Below, piece after piece: positions 29,691 through 41,103 of a DNA stretch of 64,000 nucleotides. The translations under genes were made by a program, and so were the position numbers. The notes beneath the pieces are model-generated. The model ran no database searches, was not told the DNA's origin, and was given only the letters and a program-made list of their open reading frames with translations. The stretch's first letter is position 1. Every line of letters starts with the position of its first letter. The DNA is from an uncultured Gammaproteobacteria bacterium (GTDB lineage Bacteria; Pseudomonadota; Gammaproteobacteria; Pseudomonadales; Azotimanducaceae): NCBI GenBank assembly GCA_913051785.1, contig CAJXCK010000001.1, positions 3,709-67,708 of the forward strand, given 5' to 3'.

Positions 29691-31031
29691 TTAATAGTAA
29701 GCTCGTTCGCTGATTTCCCGAAACGCCTTGCTCGCTCGCCAATCTGCAGCCTTTTCCATCAGATCTGCCAAGTCGGTGTTCACACAGATTCCATTTTCTA
29801 CAAGCGGCTTTCCCTTGGCATAGACGTGGGAAATACAGCGAGCTCCTGAGTGGGATATTATCGATCTGAAGGGGTCTATCATTGGCTCAATCGCAGGGTG
29901 ACGTGTGTCGAAGGCCACAAAGTCGGCATCTTTCCCAACCTCTAGCGAACCGATCTGTCGCTCTAAACCCAAAGCTCTAGCGCCGTTTATCGTAGCCATA
30001 TCCAGTGCGTTGGAAGCTCTGCAAACGGAAGCGTCTTGGGCGACGCCTTTGATCAGACTTTCTGCTAGAGCGGCCTCTGATAGAAGATCTATCCCGTTAT
30101 TCGACGCTGAGCCATCTGTTCCAAGGGCAACATTGATACCAAGGTCCAATAAGTCCCTAGTGGGACAAATGCCTGACCCCAGCAGTAGATTTGAACTCGG
30201 GCAGTGGATTACGTTCGCATTTGTCTCCGCGAGGATCGCTTTATCCTCGCTCGTCAGGTGAACTGTATGCACGACTTGCAGCCTGTCATTCATCAGCCCG
30301 ATTTTTTTGAGCAAAACGACGAAGCTGTGTCCATGGTTCTTTAGAGCTCGGTCTAACTCGCCGCTTGTCTCTTGCAGATGTATTTGTATTCCAATATCCA
30401 GTTCGTCCGCATACATTCCTATCTTTTCTAGAGTTTCTAGATCCAGTGCCTCGACCGAGTGTGGTCCGAACGCGACAGATACATGTTGGTGATCTCGATA
30501 TAAATCATGGAGGGCAAGTGTTCGATGTATGCACTCCTCGGAACCGCGTGCCCATCTAGTATCCAAACTAATAATGGGAACTGCCAATTGGATGTTTAGA
30601 CCAAGTCGTTCAGCTACCGAGGCGACGGTTTCAGGAAAAAAATACATGTCTGAAAAAGTCGTAATGCCGGACATTAGCATTTCCACCATTGCTAGTTCAG
30701 CACCGAGACTCACATTAGGAGCATCGAGATGCTCCCTTTCAAACGGCCAAATAGCCTGGTGAAGCCAGTCGTCTAGGTTTAAACCTTGACCGAGTCCTCG
30801 CATCAGTTTCATTGCAGCGTGATTATGGCAATTTATTAAACCGGGACAGACAATGTGTTCATTAAGCGCGAGCTTATCGCTCGTTGAATATTTGGCGTTC
30901 AAATCTTTTCTCGGGCCTATGTCTGTTATTGTGCCGTCGTCGATTAGGAACGCCCAATCCTCACGACATTCGCGGTCTTCCTTGACGGTGAGTAGCCAGC
31001 CAGCCGACACTAACAAACAATTTTTTGCCAT
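29691..31031 (-). CDS. Amidohydrolase, TRZ/ATZ family (5-methylthioadenosine/S-adenosylhomocysteine deaminase-like)
   Basis: PGLINCHNHAAM metal-binding motif, HLQET and GTDG blocks. It sits directly upstream of ubiG. Confidence 0.8.
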   Translation of the reverse strand: MAKNCLLVSAGWLLTVKEDRECREDWAFLIDDGTITDIGPRKDLNAKYSTSDKLALNEHIVCPGLINCHNHAAMKLMRGLGQGLNLDDWLHQAIWPFEREHLDAPNVSLGAELAMVEMLMSGITTFSDMYFFPETVASVAERLGLNIQLAVPIISLDTRWARGSEECIHRTLALHDLYRDHQHVSVAFGPHSVEALDLETLEKIGMYADELDIGIQIHLQETSGELDRALKNHGHSFVVLLKKIGLMNDRLQVVHTVHLTSEDKAILAETNANVIHCPSSNLLLGSGICPTRDLLDLGINVALGTDGSASNNGIDLLSEAALAESLIKGVAQDASVCRASNALDMATINGARALGLERQIGSLEVGKDADFVAFDTRHPAIEPMIDPFRSIISHSGARCISHVYAKGKPLVENGICVNTDLADLMEKAADWRASKAFREISERAYY

Positions 31032-31178
31032 GCCTAATCATAGCATTTCGCGACAAGACTGACGCGATTGTTTTTTGTTGCCGGTCTTCTTCGGCATTTT
31101 TGGGGGATCATAGAAAGAGCGAAAAAGTGGTCATTGTGTTAGGATTCACGGGTGAAAAATCACCTGGTAAGTTAATCC

Positions 31179-33746
31179 ATGGCAGACAGTTTACCCCCCG
31201 ATTTATCTTCGGATGGAGCTGATTATTCGCTCGTAAACATTGAGGATGAACTCAGACAGTCCTACATGGATTATGCGATGAGCGTAATCGTCGGACGGGC
31301 GCTACCAGATGTGCGTGATGGGCTTAAACCGGTGCATAAAAGGTCTTTATTTGCTTTGAGCGAACTGAATAGCACCTACAACAGACCTTATGTCAAATCA
31401 GCTAGGGTGGTTGGAGAGGTGATAGGGAAATATCACCCACATGGCGACGCGGCTGTTTACGAAACAATAGTTCGAATGGCGCAAGAGTGGTCGATGAGAT
31501 ACCAGTTGGTGGACGGCCAAGGCAACTTTGGTTCCATCGATGGTGATCCTCCTGCTGCAATGCGTTATACGGAAGTCAGGATGACTAAGCTTGCCTCCGA
31601 ACTGCTAGCTGATCTAGATAAAGATACGGTTGATTTCGTAAATAATTATGACGACACCCTATCAATGCCAGAAGTTTTGCCAACGAGAGTGCCCTGCTTA
31701 CTGGTTAATGGGAGCTCAGGTATTGCAGTGGGTATGGCAACAAATATACCTCCTCATAATCTAAGCGAAATCATAGAAGCCTGCTTGATGATGCTTGAAA
31801 ATCCAGATGCGGAACTTCCCCAGCTTCTAACGGTTGTATCCGGCCCCGATTTTCCGACTGGTGGAATCATCAACGGTCGAGCGGGGATTTTAGATGCCTA
31901 TCGAACTGGCCGAGGTCGGATTTATGTTCGAGCGAGAGCGGAAGTAGAGGTGGACAAAGCCGAAAAGGAGAAGATCGTAATCACCGAGATTCCCTATCAG
32001 CTGAATAAATCGAAGCTCATTGAAAAAATCGCGGAATTGGTGAAAGAAAAAAGGATCGAAGGCATTTCTGAGTTGAGAGATGAATCCGATAAAGATGGTC
32101 TGAGAATTGTTATAGAGCTACGACGAGGTGAATCAGGAGACGTTCTATTAAATAACTTGTATAGCTTAACCCAATTACAGACCGCATATGGAATAAATAA
32201 TGTGGCCCTCGTCAAAGGAGAGCCTAAAGTTCTCAATCTAAAAGAGATGCTGGAAGCATTCCTTTCTCATCGCCGAGAAGTGGTACTAAGAAGAACGCTC
32301 TTTCTGCTCAAAAGAGCTCAGCAACGAGGACACATTTTGGAAGGGCAGGCGGTGGCGCTCGCGAATATCGATGAAGTTATTCAGCTGATTCGGGAATCTT
32401 CTTCTGCGTCAGAGGCTCGAGAGGCTCTGATGGGGCGGCGCTGGGTAGCAACCGTTTTGGAATCGCTCCTGGAACGAGTTGGATTTGATGCATGTAAGCC
32501 CGAGGGATTATCCGACCAACATGGTTTTTATGACGGATCTTACCTCCTATCTGAGGAGCAAGCCCAAGCGATTCTAGAAATCCGATTGCATCGCCTAACC
32601 GCGATGGAGCAAACGAAGCTTATCGATGATTACAAAGACATTCTCGAAGAGATTGGGTCACTGCAGGAAATTCTTGGGTCCGAATCCAAGTTGGTCGAGG
32701 TGATCAGGGGTGAGTTAGAGGATATTAAATCCGAGTTCGGAGACGATCGAAGGACGGAGATTATCGACAGCCAGGAAGATCTCACGGACGAAGACTTAAT
32801 CGCTGAGGAAGAACTCGTTGTGACGATTTCCCATCAGGGATATGCGAAAACCCAACCTTTAGATGTCTATCAGGCGCAAGGACGAGGGGGTCGCGGAAAG
32901 GCAGCTACCTCCGTCAAAGACGAGGACTTTGTTGAGCATTTGCTTATTACGAATTCTCACAACGTCCTATTGTGTTTTTCGAATATCGGTAAAGTTTATT
33001 GGTTGAAAGTGTTCCAGATACCTCAGGGCAGCAGGACGGCCAAGGGGCGACCAATGGTAAACCTGCTCCCTCTATCAGAGGGAGAAAGGATAACTGCTGT
33101 ATTACCAGTAACTAGTTATCTGGAAGACCATTTTGTCTTTATGGCAACGGCGAATGGTACTGTCAAGAAAACGCCATTAGAGCAATTCTCAAGATCAAGG
33201 ACGAGCGGTCTTATTGCTTTGGAGCTTGACGAAAATAATACGTTGATTGGAGCTGAAATAACCGACGGAAAGAGTGACATCATGCTCTGTTCAAGTTCGG
33301 GGAAAGCAATAAGATTCAATGAGGCGGCAGTGCGCTCGATGGGGCGGAGCGCTAGAGGGGTGAGAGGGATTAAGCTTGGGGAGTCGGAAAGTTTGATTTC
33401 TTTGATTATTCCCTCAGATGGTTATCTCCTAAGCGCGAGTCAAAACGGTTACGGGAAGCGGACGCCTATGAGGGACTTTCCTGCAAAAGGGCGCGGTGGC
33501 CAAGGGGTTATCGCCATACAAACGAGTGAGCGAAATGGCAAGATGATAGGCGCATCCCAAGTTTTTGATGGAGATGAAGTTATGCTCATATCAAACAGTG
33601 GCACTCTTGTAAGAATACCAACTGAGCAGATATCTGTGGTCGGAAGAAATACGCAGGGTGTGAAGCTGATTTCCTTGAAGGAAGGAGAGCTTCTCAACAG
33701 CGTTGAGAGGATAGCTGATCGGCAAGAGGAGCAATCCGAAGATTGA
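31179..33746 (+). CDS. gyrA: DNA gyrase subunit A
   Basis: [24 protein letters not shown]-type N-terminus, AAMRYTE with the active-site Tyr, C-terminal beta-pinwheel repeats, 855 aa. Confidence 0.97.
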   Translation: MADSLPPDLSSDGADYSLVNIEDELRQSYMDYAMSVIVGRALPDVRDGLKPVHKRSLFALSELNSTYNRPYVKSARVVGEVIGKYHPHGDAAVYETIVRMAQEWSMRYQLVDGQGNFGSIDGDPPAAMRYTEVRMTKLASELLADLDKDTVDFVNNYDDTLSMPEVLPTRVPCLLVNGSSGIAVGMATNIPPHNLSEIIEACLMMLENPDAELPQLLTVVSGPDFPTGGIINGRAGILDAYRTGRGRIYVRARAEVEVDKAEKEKIVITEIPYQLNKSKLIEKIAELVKEKRIEGISELRDESDKDGLRIVIELRRGESGDVLLNNLYSLTQLQTAYGINNVALVKGEPKVLNLKEMLEAFLSHRREVVLRRTLFLLKRAQQRGHILEGQAVALANIDEVIQLIRESSSASEAREALMGRRWVATVLESLLERVGFDACKPEGLSDQHGFYDGSYLLSEEQAQAILEIRLHRLTAMEQTKLIDDYKDILEEIGSLQEILGSESKLVEVIRGELEDIKSEFGDDRRTEIIDSQEDLTDEDLIAEEELVVTISHQGYAKTQPLDVYQAQGRGGRGKAATSVKDEDFVEHLLITNSHNVLLCFSNIGKVYWLKVFQIPQGSRTAKGRPMVNLLPLSEGERITAVLPVTSYLEDHFVFMATANGTVKKTPLEQFSRSRTSGLIALELDENNTLIGAEITDGKSDIMLCSSSGKAIRFNEAAVRSMGRSARGVRGIKLGESESLISLIIPSDGYLLSASQNGYGKRTPMRDFPAKGRGGQGVIAIQTSERNGKMIGASQVFDGDEVMLISNSGTLVRIPTEQISVVGRNTQGVKLISLKEGELLNSVERIADRQEEQSED

Positions 33747-33789
33747 TTAGGATTGCGAATTTTTCTTTTTTTCGAGCGGAGTGAACCCG

Positions 33790-34869
33790 ATGGTGAGAGT
33801 GCACAATTTTTCGGCTGGACCTGCAGCGCTCCCTGAGTCTGTCCTAGAGAGAGCGAGGGCAGAGATGCTTGACTACGGCTCTAGTGGGATGTCGGTGATG
33901 GAAATGAGCCACAGGAGCGGCGTTTTCGTTGAAATTGCATCTAGAGCGGAGGCAAATTTAAGGGATCTTCTAAAAATTGGAGAAGATTATTACGTTCTGT
34001 TCCTGCAGGGTGGAGCGACCGCACAGTTCTCCGCTTTCCCTATGAATCTGGCAAGTCCCGAAGACTCGATTGACTATGTTTCGACAGGGTCATGGTCGCA
34101 AAAAGCGATTGCTGAATGTTCAAAATACTGTCACGCGAATGTAATCGCATCGTCTATTGAAACTGGATTCGATAGAGTTCCAGAGGAAGCTGATTGGAGC
34201 TTGGGCTCGAATTCTCAATTTGTTCATATCTGCTCAAACGAAACAATAGGTGGGGTTCAGTTCAAAGAATTTCCTTCACTGGACAAGATTTTAATTGCTG
34301 ATATGTCGTCAGAACTCTTGTCTCGCCAGATAAATATAAACGACTTTGGCCTTATATATGCGGGAGCCCAAAAAAATATCGGCCCAGCCGGTTTGACGAT
34401 AGTAATCGTGAGAAAGGACCTTTGCTCAATGGCAAGACCCGAGACCCCAGCCGTATTTAATTACAGGGCTCAAGCAGAGGCAGATTCTATGTTGAACACG
34501 CCACCAACGTACAGCTGGTACCTTGCTGGCTTAGTCTTCGAGTGGTTATTAGAGCTGGGAGGATTGGATGCGGTTGAAAAAATAAATAATGAGAAGGCGC
34601 AGAATCTCTATGACGCTATAGAGGCTAGTGATTTTTATGATTCGCCCGTAGATCCTCGTTATCGTTCAACTATGAATGTTCCCTTTAAACTAAAAGATGA
34701 ATCTCTGGATGAGGCGTTCTTAAGAGAGGCTGAACAGATTGGCCTAACAAATTTAAAGGGCCACAGGAGCGTCGGAGGAATGAGAGCCAGTATATACAAT
34801 GGTGTGTCAGCTGGGGCGGTTCACGCGCTCTTGGATTTCATGAAAGAGTTTGAAACTAAATATGGATAA
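33790..34869 (+). CDS. serC: Phosphoserine aminotransferase
   Basis: VHNFSAGPAALP N-terminus and the GAQKNIGPAGLT Lys motif. I place the start at the ATG at 33790. The track uses a GTG 9 nt upstream. Confidence 0.93.
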   Translation: MVRVHNFSAGPAALPESVLERARAEMLDYGSSGMSVMEMSHRSGVFVEIASRAEANLRDLLKIGEDYYVLFLQGGATAQFSAFPMNLASPEDSIDYVSTGSWSQKAIAECSKYCHANVIASSIETGFDRVPEEADWSLGSNSQFVHICSNETIGGVQFKEFPSLDKILIADMSSELLSRQININDFGLIYAGAQKNIGPAGLTIVIVRKDLCSMARPETPAVFNYRAQAEADSMLNTPPTYSWYLAGLVFEWLLELGGLDAVEKINNEKAQNLYDAIEASDFYDSPVDPRYRSTMNVPFKLKDESLDEAFLREAEQIGLTNLKGHRSVGGMRASIYNGVSAGAVHALLDFMKEFETKYG

Positions 34870-35959
34870 AGAGTTGCTAGAACCTCTTCGCAATAGGATT
34901 GATGAGATTGATTCTGAAATACTTTCCCTGGTAAACGAGCGGGCAGAGACGGCGCTAGCTGTTGGAAAACTCAAAGAGGAATACTCAGATCCCGATGAAA
35001 CGGTTTCTTACTACAGACCAGAGCGTGAGGCGCAAATCCTGAGGAAGTTAGAGCAAGACAACAACGGTCCCCTTGCTTTCACTAATGTTATGCCGATCTT
35101 CAAGGAGATCATATCGGCGTGCTTGAATATAGAGAAAAGGATTTCAGTCGCTTATCTTGGACCGGAGGGGACTTTCACTGAGGCAGCCGTATCAAAACAT
35201 TTTGGTGGCGCGGTTGAGAAGAATTCCTCAAGTTCGATAGAAGAGGTTTTTGAAGAAGTGCAAAGCAGCAGGTCGCATTATGGAGTGGTGCCGGTTGAAA
35301 ATTCGACCGAGGGAATGGTCAATCAAACCCTTGATTGTTTGCTAGAGAGGGAACTGAATATTTGTGGTGAGATTGAATTGCCTATACATCAGAATTTCAT
35401 GAGGTCTCAAAAGGCTATTGATGCGATTCTAGAGATAAGAGCTCATGAACAAAGTCTTGCCCAATGCCGAAATTGGCTGGAGAGGAATTATCCGGGTGTA
35501 CCCAAAGTTTCGGTTGCAAGCAACGCAGAAGCAGCCCGTCAGGCCTCTGAAGATTTCGCGATAGCTGCGATAGCTGGTCAAGTCTCTGCCGTTAGATATG
35601 GTTTGGAAATTATTCATAGTCGCATTGAAGACAAGTCTGACAATAGGACGCGTTTTTTAGTTCTTGGTAAGGAGCGAATTCTGCCGTCGGGAGATGATAA
35701 AACCTCGGCTTTAGTGTCAGTGAACAATGAGCCAGGGGCCCTGTTGAAGGTCTTGGAGCCTTTCCAAAATCACGGTATCAGCTTGACAAGGATAGAAACT
35801 CGACCGGAGCGCAAAGGCAATTGGTCCTATGTGTTTTTTATAGATTTTGACGGTCACGTGTCTGAGCAGCGGGTTGAAAAAGTTTTACAGGAGGTTGGAG
35901 AAATAGCGTTGGGCGTTCGTTTTTTGGGGTCTTATCCTAAAGCGTCTTTGCAAGAGTGA
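34862..35959 (+). CDS. pheA: Bifunctional chorismate mutase / prephenate dehydratase (P-protein)
   Basis: CM_2 domain (LRNRIDEIDSEILSLVNERA), a PDT domain (VAYLGPEGTFTE, TRF) and a C-terminal ACT domain. It overlaps the serC 3' end. Confidence 0.93.
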   Translation: MDKELLEPLRNRIDEIDSEILSLVNERAETALAVGKLKEEYSDPDETVSYYRPEREAQILRKLEQDNNGPLAFTNVMPIFKEIISACLNIEKRISVAYLGPEGTFTEAAVSKHFGGAVEKNSSSSIEEVFEEVQSSRSHYGVVPVENSTEGMVNQTLDCLLERELNICGEIELPIHQNFMRSQKAIDAILEIRAHEQSLAQCRNWLERNYPGVPKVSVASNAEAARQASEDFAIAAIAGQVSAVRYGLEIIHSRIEDKSDNRTRFLVLGKERILPSGDDKTSALVSVNNEPGALLKVLEPFQNHGISLTRIETRPERKGNWSYVFFIDFDGHVSEQRVEKVLQEVGEIALGVRFLGSYPKASLQE

Positions 35960-35962
35960 GCG

Positions 35963-37054
35963 ATGGAAAACACTAATAAAAAGATTCAAAGTATTACGCC
36001 CTACAAGCCGGGCAAGCCGGTAGAAGAATTGGCGAGAGAAATGGGGCTCAGTGACGTCATCAAACTGGCGAGCAATGAAAACCCCTTGGGCTTTAGCAGT
36101 AAGGTGGCTGAACTACTTTTCACAGGAAAAGCAGAATTAAACCGTTATCCAGATGGCAGCGGTCACGAGTTGAAAAAGATTTTGGCGAAAAAACTCGACA
36201 TAGAGCTCGACCAGCTTACTTTGGGCAATGGCTCTAATGATGTTCTGGATCTAATAACTAGAGTGATTATGGAGCCTGGATTCGAGGCAATAATCCCAGA
36301 GCATAGCTTTGTTGTCTATAAGCTGTCTGTAACGTGCGCAAATGGGGAGATCGTTGTAGCGCCTGCTACTGGCGGCTTTGGAGCCGACTTAGAAGCTGTC
36401 CGAGAAAAAATAAGTAGCAAAACCCGACTTATCTTTATTGCTAACCCTAATAATCCGACGGGAACTTGGGTCGGGCTAAAAGAAATAGAGAGGCTTCTGT
36501 CGGCGGTACCGAAATCCGTTTGGGTCGTTATCGATGAGGCATATTTTGAGTATCTAGATCACCCCCAGTATGGGTCGGCTCTTTGCTTGATGGAGCGTTT
36601 TGAGAATCTGATTGTGACTCGCACATTCTCAAAGATTTATGGGTTGGCTTCACTGAGGCTAGGTTACAGCGTAACAAGTAGCAGATTTGCGGATCTTTTG
36701 AATCGTGCTAGGCAACCATTCAATGTCGGTGGGTTGACCCTCGCTGCTGGCGTGGCGGCCTTGTCCGACGACGAATTCGTCACCGAAAGTCGACAAAAGA
36801 ACGAAAAAGGGCTGAGTCAGCTAGAAAAAGGTTTGGATGAATTAGGTCTTTCTTGGATACCCTCGGGCGGTAACTTTTTAGCTGTAGACTGTGACAGAGA
36901 TGGCCAAGAGCTTTTTAGGGAATTATTAAAAGAGGGCGTCATCATCCGAGCGATAGGTGAATATGGTATGCCAAATTATATAAGGGTCTCAGTTGGCCTG
37001 CCGGAGGAAAATAGTCGTTTTCTGAATTCTTTGGCTAAAGTTCTCGGTGCCTAA
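35963..37054 (+). CDS. hisC: Histidinol-phosphate/aromatic aminotransferase
   Basis: Y.PGKP...KLASNENPLG...TFSKIYGLASLRLGY, 363 aa. Position as for Pseudomonas hisC2. Confidence 0.9.
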   Translation: MENTNKKIQSITPYKPGKPVEELAREMGLSDVIKLASNENPLGFSSKVAELLFTGKAELNRYPDGSGHELKKILAKKLDIELDQLTLGNGSNDVLDLITRVIMEPGFEAIIPEHSFVVYKLSVTCANGEIVVAPATGGFGADLEAVREKISSKTRLIFIANPNNPTGTWVGLKEIERLLSAVPKSVWVVIDEAYFEYLDHPQYGSALCLMERFENLIVTRTFSKIYGLASLRLGYSVTSSRFADLLNRARQPFNVGGLTLAAGVAALSDDEFVTESRQKNEKGLSQLEKGLDELGLSWIPSGGNFLAVDCDRDGQELFRELLKEGVIIRAIGEYGMPNYIRVSVGLPEENSRFLNSLAKVLGA

Positions 37055-37874
37055 CTTTAGAGTCAAAAAACTCGCTATTGTTGGCCTTGGCATGATTGGA
37101 GCCTCAATAGCCAAGGCGGTCAAAAAAAAGCTCCTCGCTGATCGGATAGTAGCTATTGATAGAAGCATTGAGCACTTGCGTTATGGAGTTGATCAAGGAC
37201 TTATAGATGAACAGGTCGATCGAGTGCCGAAGGATGCAGAGCTAGTTGCTTTTTGTGCGCCAATAGCCTCCTTTGGGGAAATTATTGAGTCGGTGGAACC
37301 GCACTCTGGTGTCTTTTTTGATGTCGCCAGTGTCAAAACTCCGCTTACAGAGGCTCTATCTAGAATGAGCAAAGGCTCTATGGCCCGTTTCGTCCCATGC
37401 CATCCAATAGCGGGCTCGGAGAAAACCGGGCCTGAAAATGGCCAGGAGAGGCTATTTGAGAACTCCCTTGTAGCGATTACACCTTTGGCATTCACCGATA
37501 AAGACGCGGTTGCAAAGGTTGAGCAGCTCTGGTCAGCGATTGGTGCGAAAACACTTCGGATGTCGGCAGACGAGCATGACAAAGCGCTGGCAGTTACTAG
37601 CCACTTGCCCCATTTTTTATCATTTGCCTATATGTTAGGGGTCGATAAGAAACTGGAAACATTGACCGGAGGTGGTTATCGAGACTTTACGCGAATTGCA
37701 GCCGCTGACCCTGAACTCTGGTGGGGAATCTTCCAAATGAATCGTGAAGAGTTGTTAAGAGCATTAGAAAAATTTCGCTTAGATATAGATGCTTTAGAGG
37801 AGATGTTGGTTGCTGATGATCATGAAGCCGGCATCAGAGCGTTGGCTGATGCTGTCAGAAGGAAGTTGGGTTAG
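37047..37874 (+). CDS. tyrA: Prephenate/arogenate dehydrogenase (stand-alone, 275 aa)
   Basis: Rossmann IVGLGMIGASIA, HPIAGSE catalytic block, HD..LA..SHLPH. Its stop overlaps the cmk GTG (TAGTG). Confidence 0.88.
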   Translation: MPNFRVKKLAIVGLGMIGASIAKAVKKKLLADRIVAIDRSIEHLRYGVDQGLIDEQVDRVPKDAELVAFCAPIASFGEIIESVEPHSGVFFDVASVKTPLTEALSRMSKGSMARFVPCHPIAGSEKTGPENGQERLFENSLVAITPLAFTDKDAVAKVEQLWSAIGAKTLRMSADEHDKALAVTSHLPHFLSFAYMLGVDKKLETLTGGGYRDFTRIAAADPELWWGIFQMNREELLRALEKFRLDIDALEEMLVADDHEAGIRALADAVRRKLG

Positions 37875-38554
37875 TGTCTCGAAGTTCAGTGCCTATTGTT
37901 ACTGTTGATGGACCAAGTGGTTCGGGAAAAGGAACTTTGTCGAGCGCCCTAGGTAAAGCCTTAGGCTGGGCGGTTCTCGATTCAGGTTCACTGTATAGGG
38001 CGATTGCCCTTGAAACATTGAGTAAAAAGATAGAAATCCATGAGGCAGAAGAGCGTGAAATTTTTGAGCTGATAAATTCCCTGAACATCGAGTTGAAAAG
38101 TAAAAAAATCTATTTGAACAGTAAAGATGTTAGTGAGGACATAAGAACCGAGGAGATCGGGTTTAGAGCCTCGAAAATAGCGTCAAATCCGAGGTTGCGA
38201 AGCGGCATTTTAGGTTTCCAAAGGTCCTTTATTAGTTCGCCGGGTTTAGTGGCCGATGGAAGAGACATGGGAACCGTAGTTTTTCCGGAGGCCCAGTTGA
38301 AAATTTTTCTTACTGCCTCTGCTTCTGTCCGAGGAAAGCGACGATTTATTCAGTTGAAAAACAAGGGTTTGAGTGTTAATTTGCCCGACCTCATCCGCCA
38401 GATTAAAGAACGTGATTCTCAAGATGAACAGCGCCAGATTGCGCCACTGAAGGCGGCTAAGGAAGCTGTGATCGTAGATAGTTCCGAACACACGGTTGAG
38501 GAAGTTCTTGACCTCGCTTTGTTGGAGGTTAGAAAAAGGGGCTTGGTGACATAG
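37874..38554 (+). CDS. cmk: Cytidylate kinase
   Basis: ITVDGPSGSGKGT P-loop, DSGSLYR, GRDMGTVVFP. Confidence 0.93.
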   Translation: MSRSSVPIVTVDGPSGSGKGTLSSALGKALGWAVLDSGSLYRAIALETLSKKIEIHEAEEREIFELINSLNIELKSKKIYLNSKDVSEDIRTEEIGFRASKIASNPRLRSGILGFQRSFISSPGLVADGRDMGTVVFPEAQLKIFLTASASVRGKRRFIQLKNKGLSVNLPDLIRQIKERDSQDEQRQIAPLKAAKEAVIVDSSEHTVEEVLDLALLEVRKRGLVT

Positions 38555-38696
38555 AGTTCTCGAGAGAGAAATAATAGTAAGGAGCGGTGTTATACCCGTA
38601 ATAGATTGGCCCTAAGAGTTGCCGAGTATTCAATGTTAATAACAGGGAGAAAGATCGGTTTAGGAAGGATATCGTTCTAATCGGTCTGAGTAATAA

Positions 38697-40385
38697 ATGA
38701 GTGAATCTTTTGCAGAGCTTTTTGAAGAGAGCTTAAATACTATTGAAATGTCGCCAGGTTCCATAGTGATGGGCACCGTAATCGATATAGAGGAAGACTG
38801 GATCATTGTTCATGCAGGACTTAAGTCAGAAGGGGTTATACCTAAAAGTCAGTTCCTCGATGAAGAGGGCAATTGTGATTTAAATATCGGGGATCAAGTT
38901 AAAGTCGCGATGGAGATAGTCGACGATGGCTTCGGAGAGACGAGACTATCTAGAGAGAAGGCGAGGAGAGCCGAGTCATGGAGTGCTTTAGAAGATGCAA
39001 ACGAAACTGGGGAAATCATAACTGGCGTCATTAATGGCAAGGTTAAGGGCGGGTTTACTGTGGAGGTGGCTGATATTAGAGCATTCCTCCCTGGATCCCT
39101 GATTGACTTGAGACCCCTAAGAGATACCGCACATTTAGAGGGCAAGCCCCTTGAATTCAAAGTAATAAAGTTAGATCAAAAACGGAATAATGTTGTTGTC
39201 TCTCGGAGGGCTGTATTAGAACAAGAAAACAGCCATGAAAGGGATGCGCTTTTGGCATCGATAGAAGAGGGTCAAAATGTGAAGGGAATAGTCAAGAATC
39301 TTACTGACTATGGCGCTTTCGTCGACTTGGGTGGAGTTGACGGACTTTTGCATATCACCGATATGGCTTGGAAGAGAATTAGGCACCCTAGTGAGATGGT
39401 CAACGTGGGGGACGAAGTAGATGTCCGAGTTCTGAAGTTTGACAAAGAAAAAAACCGAGTGAGTCTCGGTATGAAACAACTAGGAGATGATCCATGGTCA
39501 GATATCATATCTCGATACCCAGAAGGGGCGAAGGTACAGGCGACAATAACTAACCTGACTGAGTATGGTTGCTTTGCTGAGATAGAATCAGGCGTCGAAG
39601 GCTTAGTGCATGTGTCAGAAATGGATTGGACTAACAAGAACGTGCACCCATCCAAGGTTGTATCAGTCGGTGATGAGACAGAGGTCATGATTCTTGAGAT
39701 AGATGAAGACAGGCGCAGAATTTCCCTGGGCATCAAGCAGTGTAGGCCTAACCCTTGGGAAGCTTTCGGGGCGGTCCACGAAAAAACACAAAGAATAAAG
39801 GGATCCATAAAGTCGATTACAGATTTTGGAATCTTTATTGGATTGGACGGTGGAATCGACGGTTTGGTTCATCTCTCAGATATTTCCTGGAACGAGCCGG
39901 GAGAGGAAGCAGTTAGAAGGTTCTCGAAAGGTGATGAAATAGAGACGGTTATTTTGGCGGTTGATGCGGAGAGAGAGCGTATTTCTCTAGGTATTAAGCA
40001 ATTAGAGAGAGATCCGTTTAGTGAATTCCTAGAGGTGAGCGACCGAGGCTCAATAGTTAAAGGGAGGGTCACAGAAGTTAGTGCCGCAGAGGCTGTGATG
40101 GAATTGGCTGAAGAGGTTATAGGTGTCCTAAAGGCGTCAGAGATAGATTCAAACAAAATAGATGATGCTACTAAAGTCCTTGAAGTTGGGCAGGAGATTG
40201 AAACAAAAATCATTGGGGTCGATAGAAAGGCGCGGACAATATCCCTTTCTATTAAAGCAAAAGACGAACAGGAGGAGAGAGAAGCAGTTAAGGACCATCA
40301 ACGACAAGAGAGTGAGAGATCTGGACCTGCAACCTTGGGTGATCTTATAAAGGCTCAAATGGACCAGCCCAGTGAGGATAAGTAG
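38697..40385 (+). CDS. rpsA: 30S ribosomal protein S1
   Basis: Six S1 repeats, [14 protein letters not shown]-terminus, 562 aa. The cmk-rpsA-ihfB order is conserved. Confidence 0.97.
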   Translation: MSESFAELFEESLNTIEMSPGSIVMGTVIDIEEDWIIVHAGLKSEGVIPKSQFLDEEGNCDLNIGDQVKVAMEIVDDGFGETRLSREKARRAESWSALEDANETGEIITGVINGKVKGGFTVEVADIRAFLPGSLIDLRPLRDTAHLEGKPLEFKVIKLDQKRNNVVVSRRAVLEQENSHERDALLASIEEGQNVKGIVKNLTDYGAFVDLGGVDGLLHITDMAWKRIRHPSEMVNVGDEVDVRVLKFDKEKNRVSLGMKQLGDDPWSDIISRYPEGAKVQATITNLTEYGCFAEIESGVEGLVHVSEMDWTNKNVHPSKVVSVGDETEVMILEIDEDRRRISLGIKQCRPNPWEAFGAVHEKTQRIKGSIKSITDFGIFIGLDGGIDGLVHLSDISWNEPGEEAVRRFSKGDEIETVILAVDAERERISLGIKQLERDPFSEFLEVSDRGSIVKGRVTEVSAAEAVMELAEEVIGVLKASEIDSNKIDDATKVLEVGQEIETKIIGVDRKARTISLSIKAKDEQEEREAVKDHQRQESERSGPATLGDLIKAQMDQPSEDK

Positions 40386-40412
40386 GGTTTTCAGGCCCTC
40401 GAAGTAATTCAG

Positions 40413-40739
40413 ATGGGGGAAACGCTCACAAAATCGGCCTTAATCGATTGCATTTGTGAAACGTATCGCCGGAGGAATGGCGCAGAGCTACCGCCAGAGG
40501 ATATTGATCTGGCAGTTAGGACTGTTATTGATGCAATGACAGCTGCGTTAGCTGATGGAGAACGGATTGAAATTCGCGGTTTTGGGAGCTTCTCGCTTCA
40601 CTACAGAAAGGCCAGGATTGGTCGCAATCCAAAAACAGGTGCATCAGTGGGGCTTTCGGATCGCCACGTGCCGTTTTTCAAGCCGGGCAAGGAGCTTCGA
40701 TCTCGAGTAAATTTTCGAGGAAAGCAAGGCTTGGATTGA
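40413..40739 (+). CDS. ihfB: Integration host factor subunit beta
   Basis: The HU/IHF fold signature [26 protein letters not shown] and its position after rpsA. Confidence 0.93.
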   Translation: MGETLTKSALIDCICETYRRRNGAELPPEDIDLAVRTVIDAMTAALADGERIEIRGFGSFSLHYRKARIGRNPKTGASVGLSDRHVPFFKPGKELRSRVNFRGKQGLD

Positions 40740-40786
40740 CATTTATCCCTGTGCAACGTCCGCTGCGCCATTTAAGGTAGCTGGTT

Positions 40787-41098
40787 ATGAAGGTGATAGG
40801 CAGCATTTTTTGGATTTCTCTTTGCGTGTTGGCGTTTCTGGTTGCGGCTATTGCCGTAAACCAAGAAAAAGTCTCGCTCAGCTTTTTGTACTGGCGCACG
40901 CCATTTGAGTTGAGTCTGTTTTGGTGGCTATTTGGTGTTTTTCTTGCTGGGGCCGTGTATGGATCTATTTTCGGTTTTATTAGAAGGCTAAGGCAATCTA
41001 GTGAGATAAAAAGGCTCGAGAAAATTATCACACAACTCAAAAGCAAGCATTCAGCTCTAAAAACTGATGGGTCAGGCCCAGAGACATTATCTTCCTAG
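40787..41098 (+). CDS. lapA: LapA/DUF1049 family inner-membrane protein
   Basis: Two TM helices followed by a short coiled tail, about 100 aa. It is positioned after ihfB, as in other gammaproteobacteria. Confidence 0.7.
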   Translation: MKVIGSIFWISLCVLAFLVAAIAVNQEKVSLSFLYWRTPFELSLFWWLFGVFLAGAVYGSIFGFIRRLRQSSEIKRLEKIITQLKSKHSALKTDGSGPETLSS

Positions 41099-41103
41099 GC
41101 GTC

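Noticed and set aside
31070-31100. A small hairpin, TGCCG-N8-CGGCA followed by TTTTT, in the mtaD/gyrA divergent region, as a possible terminator or attenuator.
   Set aside because: The stem is only 5 bp and there is no upstream gene to terminate. It is probably a chance structure within a promoter region.
39308-39808. A 166-aa ORF antisense to rpsA. Similar long antisense or off-frame ORFs occur at 9481-9894 and 10162-10554 in metG, 50860-51279 in the Ldi-like gene, 37193-37582 in tyrA and 29905-30261 in the amidohydrolase.
   Set aside because: All lie wholly inside strongly supported genes, have low-complexity or Ser/Arg/Pro-rich composition and have no recognisable motifs. They are typical shadow ORFs of coding sequence.
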